Shown here piece after piece: positions 60,176-64,000 of a stretch of 64,000 bases of DNA (position 1 is its first letter; each line of letters opens with the position of its first letter). The notes under the pieces are model-generated. The model made no database searches. It had not been told where the DNA came from and worked only from the letters and a program-made list of their open reading frames with translations. Origin of the DNA: Cetorhinus maximus (Eukaryota); NCBI RefSeq assembly GCF_964194155.1, contig NC_135891.1, forward strand, positions 101,742,001 through 101,806,000. Direction: 5' to 3'. The position numbers were made by a program, and so were the translations under genes.

Positions 60176-61295
60176 TGTAAAGGGAAAAAGATGGGTTAAT
60201 TTTGCATTTAGATCCTTTCATCAGAACTCAGCGTTCTGATAAAGGTTGTATCTGAAACATTAGTCATTTTCTCTACAAATGCTGACAGTGTATAACCAAC
60301 ATTTAAAAGCAATTCTGTTGGTACTAATTGCCCATTTCACTTCTTTGGCCTGTTTATTCTCATTCCCTGCTTGTGCTTGTAAGTGTTCAACAATAAGATG
60401 TTATGCCTGCAAACTAACTTGCGTTGCAGTAAATCATCAGAACGATCACTTGCTTTTTGCTTTGCATTTCATATTTGTATATTACATAACTTAATTAGAA
60501 AGTTTAATTTTTCCAGCTACAACAGCAATCTACCTAGCATAGGAAATTGATATTAAATAGTGTTCTCACAAATTCAAGAAATGCATAAGGACAGAGCAAA
60601 TATAAACACTGATGACCTAATCAGCCCTCTTAGTTCAGCAGAAGAGAAAAAAATTATATATTTGAGTTTAACTCATACTGTCAATGAACGTTTGATATGC
60701 CTGTTAAATGAGTGATGTTAGTCCTTGATGGATTTGATATTTGTTGCTTTGTCAAATCTATTTCTGATATTAAAAAGTGCACCCCATCTGCCAATAGCCA
60801 AGGAGTGTTGTATGTAAACCAATTCAAGGGAATCTGCCTATTGTCTTTTACTTAAAGTAGCAATATTTGCTTTTGGTGAGATGGGTGGGGGTAAGGGGTC
60901 TATGTCTTTTGTGTTTGTAATCCTCAATTTTTGTCTTACTAAATTTGTCCCTGTCCTTGTTAATCAGTTTTTGGTTTGAGGTCAAGTTTTGAAGATCACT
61001 TTATCACAGTATAATATAGTTTAAATAACATTTAATTGAATCAAATGCTCAGTTTTCTTGTGAACAATCCCTTTTTTGTTTGTGTTTGTTGGCCTCTAAT
61101 GTGGGCACTTGAGACCAACAACAGATTTTATGGTCAGCAGCAAAGGGACAGCACTTACTGCTGACTTCAAAAAGCCACCCAAAAGATTTAGCAGGCTTTA
61201 GAGTCAGAATTCCCTCTATTCTGCATGATTTTGGATTTGGTGCCATTTGTGACATTTAGCAATAGTAGAGGTAGTAGGTAAGCTGATTAGCCAAT

Positions 61296-62563
61296 TGTTA
61301 TGATCCCAGCTGATGTTACTACTGGACAAGCCAGATCTTGGGGGTGGAACCCAGCTTGATAGATCCCAACTTTTATTTTTTGTTTAGATACGTGAAGAGT
61401 GGCTACTGAACAGAGTCACAGGAGTAAGCTGATGAACTTTTAATATTTTATTCTTTCGTTAAACAAGAAAAGATGAACTATATTACAATACTCCTTCACC
61501 CACAACTATACCTTTACAGATAGATATATATAGATTCGTAAGGAAAACAAGTTGCAAAAGCTATCTTATACTCTAATGTTCACAGTAAGTACACAGTATT
61601 GTAAACCAATAGCTGACCTGTGGTCAGGTACACCACACTCTGAAACAAAGTGACAGATTCCACCCCAAACAGATGCTATGGATCTCTCCTCAACTCCTGC
61701 CAGACACTTGTTACACCATGAGCCCCCAACTGGTCTCACTGGCCTCTGCCTTTTACATGCCGTTTCCAACCTCTGCTTCCGAAGAATTTGCTTTGGAATC
61801 TTCTCCCAAACAACGCTTTCTCTCAGATGCCTTCCACAAGGGTCCACCTCCAAGGTTTCGAGCTTTCCTGGATCACCACGTGCATTTAAGCTTTCTTCCA
61901 TGCACTCTCTCTCACTGACTCAGCTGTGCCAATGGAACACCACTGCTTCACGTGCCCATAGTTAAGAGTTAGAGACCTTCGGCTGCCCCCTTGGATCTCT
62001 GATTTCTCCCAATCCTATTTTGCTTTAATCCTGAGTCCTGTAGCTTTCTCCCTTTAAGCTTGGTGCCTTTCTCTCCTCATTCTTAACTTCACTTAACAGG
62101 ACCTTTTCCAGATGCCTGTTCTTATCATTTGACTTAACTGTCCTCTTGGGACCTTTCCTGTTCCACTCCCTGATTTTGGGGACTTTCTTCATCTGTTCTT
62201 TGGGGAAACCAGCTTCCTCTGCAGTTCTCTCTCCTGTCCTGCTTCTGCTGGCCACTGCTTCCAACTTTGGGACCCTGCTATCCGTCCCTCTTATGATGTT
62301 TCTGCTGGCAACTTCTTTCAACCTTGGGAGCCCACTGACCAAATGCAACCAAACTGAAACTATTTTTCTGCCTCCGTGGGGCCTCCTACTGCTCGGCAAC
62401 AACAGTTTTTTTTTCTATCTTGTTTGTTTTGCCTTCCCTTCAAGAGTCATAAAATCTCATTAGAATGCAGGCACACAGCCTTGGGCTTAAACTTAAAGAT
62501 ATACCTTATTCCTAACAGACCCAAACACACACAATTAACTTAAACTATCTCTATTTCCTAACA
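61296..62563. mobile_element. Solo LTR (Gypsy-like)
   Basis: TGTTATGA...TCCTAACA termini with exact 4-bp TSD CAAT (61292-61295 / 62564-62567). Confidence 0.75.
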
Positions 62564-63569
62564 CAATCAAATTGAAGAATTCTCACACAGTAAAGCAGGA
62601 AATAAGCAGGTCTTATAATTTGCACTTTAATTATTTAACAAAGTGAAATAAAGATTTGGGTATAGACATGGGATTAGGGTAGAAGCTAAAATATCAAACT
62701 TTTAAAATTTAAAACACACCACACTTGTAAAATTAGTTGTCTAGGGTCAGGGAAATTGTTTAGAAGTAATTATGATTTAGTAGGGCTGTTTAAAATCTCA
62801 AGTGCGCCTCATTCAACAAGGCTTAGCATTTTCTATGGTTTTCACTGAGAATAGTCTAAAAAGCTGATGTTCCCATCAAATCACTGATTCTGTGTTGATT
62901 GTATCTGCAAAGACCATAACACTCTCTGTCAGCAGACTTTTAATTTCTGCATTCAATCAACCGCACGTGTGTGGATGCCAGAAGCTGCTGTCAGTTTTAC
63001 ACTATTACTGTCAGTGGTGACACCGAATGATAACAGTTTTGCCATCATAACAACTACACATTTCAGGCCATGCTGGTTATTAGGATCTATATAGCAGCCT
63101 AGGCTCTGGCTCTATTAATGCCTTCCAAATCACTAATCTTGACCACCGCATTTTTGCAGAATTGTGTGCAGCGAAGTACTTGTAATGTAATAACAGTGAA
63201 ACATCTTGAAGAAAATATTGAAGAAACCATATCCAAAGAACACTAGCTGCCCCCTTGCAAGCGCAAGGAGAGGAAGAATACCTAGTAACATTCTTCTCAG
63301 GGAAGATTAAATGGGCTCTAAAACAAATCACATTCCAGAGACTGGTTTCAGTATTATGATGAAGCAGAACAGTGTTTCCCAAACATGTCGCTTATGAAGA
63401 ATTAAATGCTGAATCCAATTTGTACCAGCAGCAGCTTTTAGGCCAAGCCTTAACATGTCAAAACAAAAATAATTTATCTGTACAAAATCCTCCACATAAA
63501 ATTAATCCTTGAAACACAGTTGTTCACTTATGTGGCAATACATTACCAAGGAGTCTCTGACTAGCCCAG

Positions 63570-63838
63570 TATAGAAACATAGAAAATAGGAGCAGGAGTA
63601 GGCCATTCAGCCCTTCAATATGATCGTGGCTGTTCCTCTATCTTGACACCATACTCCCATTCTCTCCCCATACACCTTGACTGTTTGAGTGTCTAGAAAT
63701 CTATCTGTTTCCTTCTTGAACATATTCAGTGACTTGGCCTCCACAGCTGCCTTTGTTAGCGAATTCCACAAGTTCACCACTCGAGTGAAGAAATTTCTCC
63801 TCATCTCAGTCCTAAGTGGCCTACTTTCCCAAACTGTG
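63570..63838 (-). mobile_element. CR1 LINE 3' end
   Basis: atagaaacatagaaaataggagcaggagtaggccattc tail; MRRNFFTRVVNLWNSL. Confidence 0.85.
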
Positions 63839-64000
63839 CGTCATGTCAAGATTTTGGGGTCACGAGCTCTGAGGCAGCAACAGATGCTGTGAAGCTCAGA
63901 TTGATTTCTGACAGCTGAGAGGCCCAGTTAAATCCTCACACTTTTCTATTGGTGGGTGTGGCCTAATGGACTGCTGTCTGAGCCCGACTGCTGCTGCAAA

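Noticed and set aside
57672-64000. PLEKHJ1 exon 2
   Set aside because: No segment encoding the expected KRRLVKL.VNFLFYF-like peptide was found; it probably lies beyond the window.

Overview
Eukaryotic, repeat-rich vertebrate DNA. The repeat families point to a cartilaginous fish (shark), which is an inference. The window holds the conserved PLEKHJ1-SF3A2-AMH block. AMH coding exons 1-4 lie on the minus strand (ATG 29002; the TGF-beta exon lies beyond the left edge). The complete SF3A2 CDS is on the minus strand (8 coding exons, 50612->35477, about 472 aa, with a PPPQG/PPPTPQG repeat tail). A CpG-island bidirectional promoter with a duplicated ETS-site module (~56.8-57.7 kb) precedes PLEKHJ1 coding exon 1 on the plus strand (57578-57671). 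Introns and spacers are filled with CR1, L2 and RTE LINE remnants, solo LTRs, hAT and Harbinger-type MITEs, and Penelope-like elements (PLEs). The most notable non-genic signal is a set of about 10 short PLE-terminus insertions, many with clear target-site duplications (TSDs). They carry minimal hammerhead-ribozyme motifs of two families, occur as monomers and inverted dimers, and several start right at the ribozyme core. All homology calls come from reading and recalling sequences; no searches were run.
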